Of a stretch of DNA of 64,000 nucleotides, positions 63,723 to 64,000 are shown piece by piece (position 1 is the first letter of the stretch; each line of letters opens with the position of its first letter). Made by a program: the position numbers and the translations under genes. The notes under the pieces were generated by a model. The model was not told the origin of the DNA, ran no database searches, and saw only the letters and a program-made list of their open reading frames with translations. Source of the stretch: Basidiobolus meristosporus CBS 931.73 (lineage: Eukaryota; Fungi; Basidiobolomycota); assembly GCA_002104905.1 (NCBI GenBank), contig MCFE01000298.1, positions 1-64,000 of the forward strand, given 5' to 3'.

Positions 63723-64000
63723 ATGAGCGAGGACTCAGCCGCGCCGAAGTTTCGCGTTCCTTCAGTGGCGGAAGTGGAAAGTCATGCAAACAAACCTCGT
63801 TCGAAAACACTCTTTTTTAAGCCCAAGGGGACTCTAGAGTTGGGAGGACTCAAGGAAGATCAGTCGAATCCACCCATCCCCTCAGTTACCAGCTCAAGCT
63901 CCACAAACGACAAGCTCTTTCCAGATCTCAACCAATGTAGATAGCAAATCTTCTTGCACTCTGCCTCGAAGCACATTCTCACCCGAATTGCAAATTCTAG
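63723..64000 (+). CDS. 5' end of a gene running off the window; N-terminus reminiscent of ERCC1/Rad10
   Basis: ATG 63723 gives MSEDSAAPKFRVPSVAEVESHANKPRSKTLFFKP, resembling the (I/F).VPS..EV...LFKP N-terminal motif I recall from plant ERCC1. No diagnostic domain lies inside the window and the splicing is unresolved. Confidence 0.35.

Overview
This is a fungal genomic window, probably from an early-diverging lineage (inference only). It has three compartments. (1) 1-8150 is GC- and CpG-rich host DNA. It holds a head-to-head pair of secreted Cys-rich genes and a Whi5/Nrm1-like G1/S repressor gene. (2) About 8154-56300 is a ~48 kb AT-rich block with no intact host gene I could recognise. It is nearly devoid of CpG and is built from nested, decaying transposons: Ty3/gypsy, Ty1/copia, three solo-LTR families, a 730-bp foldback element, and at least five copies of a Tnp2/EnSpm(CMC)-like DNA transposon. 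That transposon has CCCTATGAAAA termini and a second, divergently oriented gene of unknown function. Target-site duplications allow a five-layer nest to be reconstructed, and paralog comparisons show CpG to TpG/CpA decay directly. (3) About 56300-64000 is CpG-rich host DNA. It holds HMG-CoA synthase (ERG13), a six-exon Rab11, a LisH-WD40 gene and the 5' end of a possible ERCC1-like gene. I saw no rRNA, tRNA gene or CRISPR array. The supplied ORF track ignores introns and accepts GTG/TTG starts, so several of its ORFs are chimeric or shadow frames. All identities quoted are by-eye estimates.
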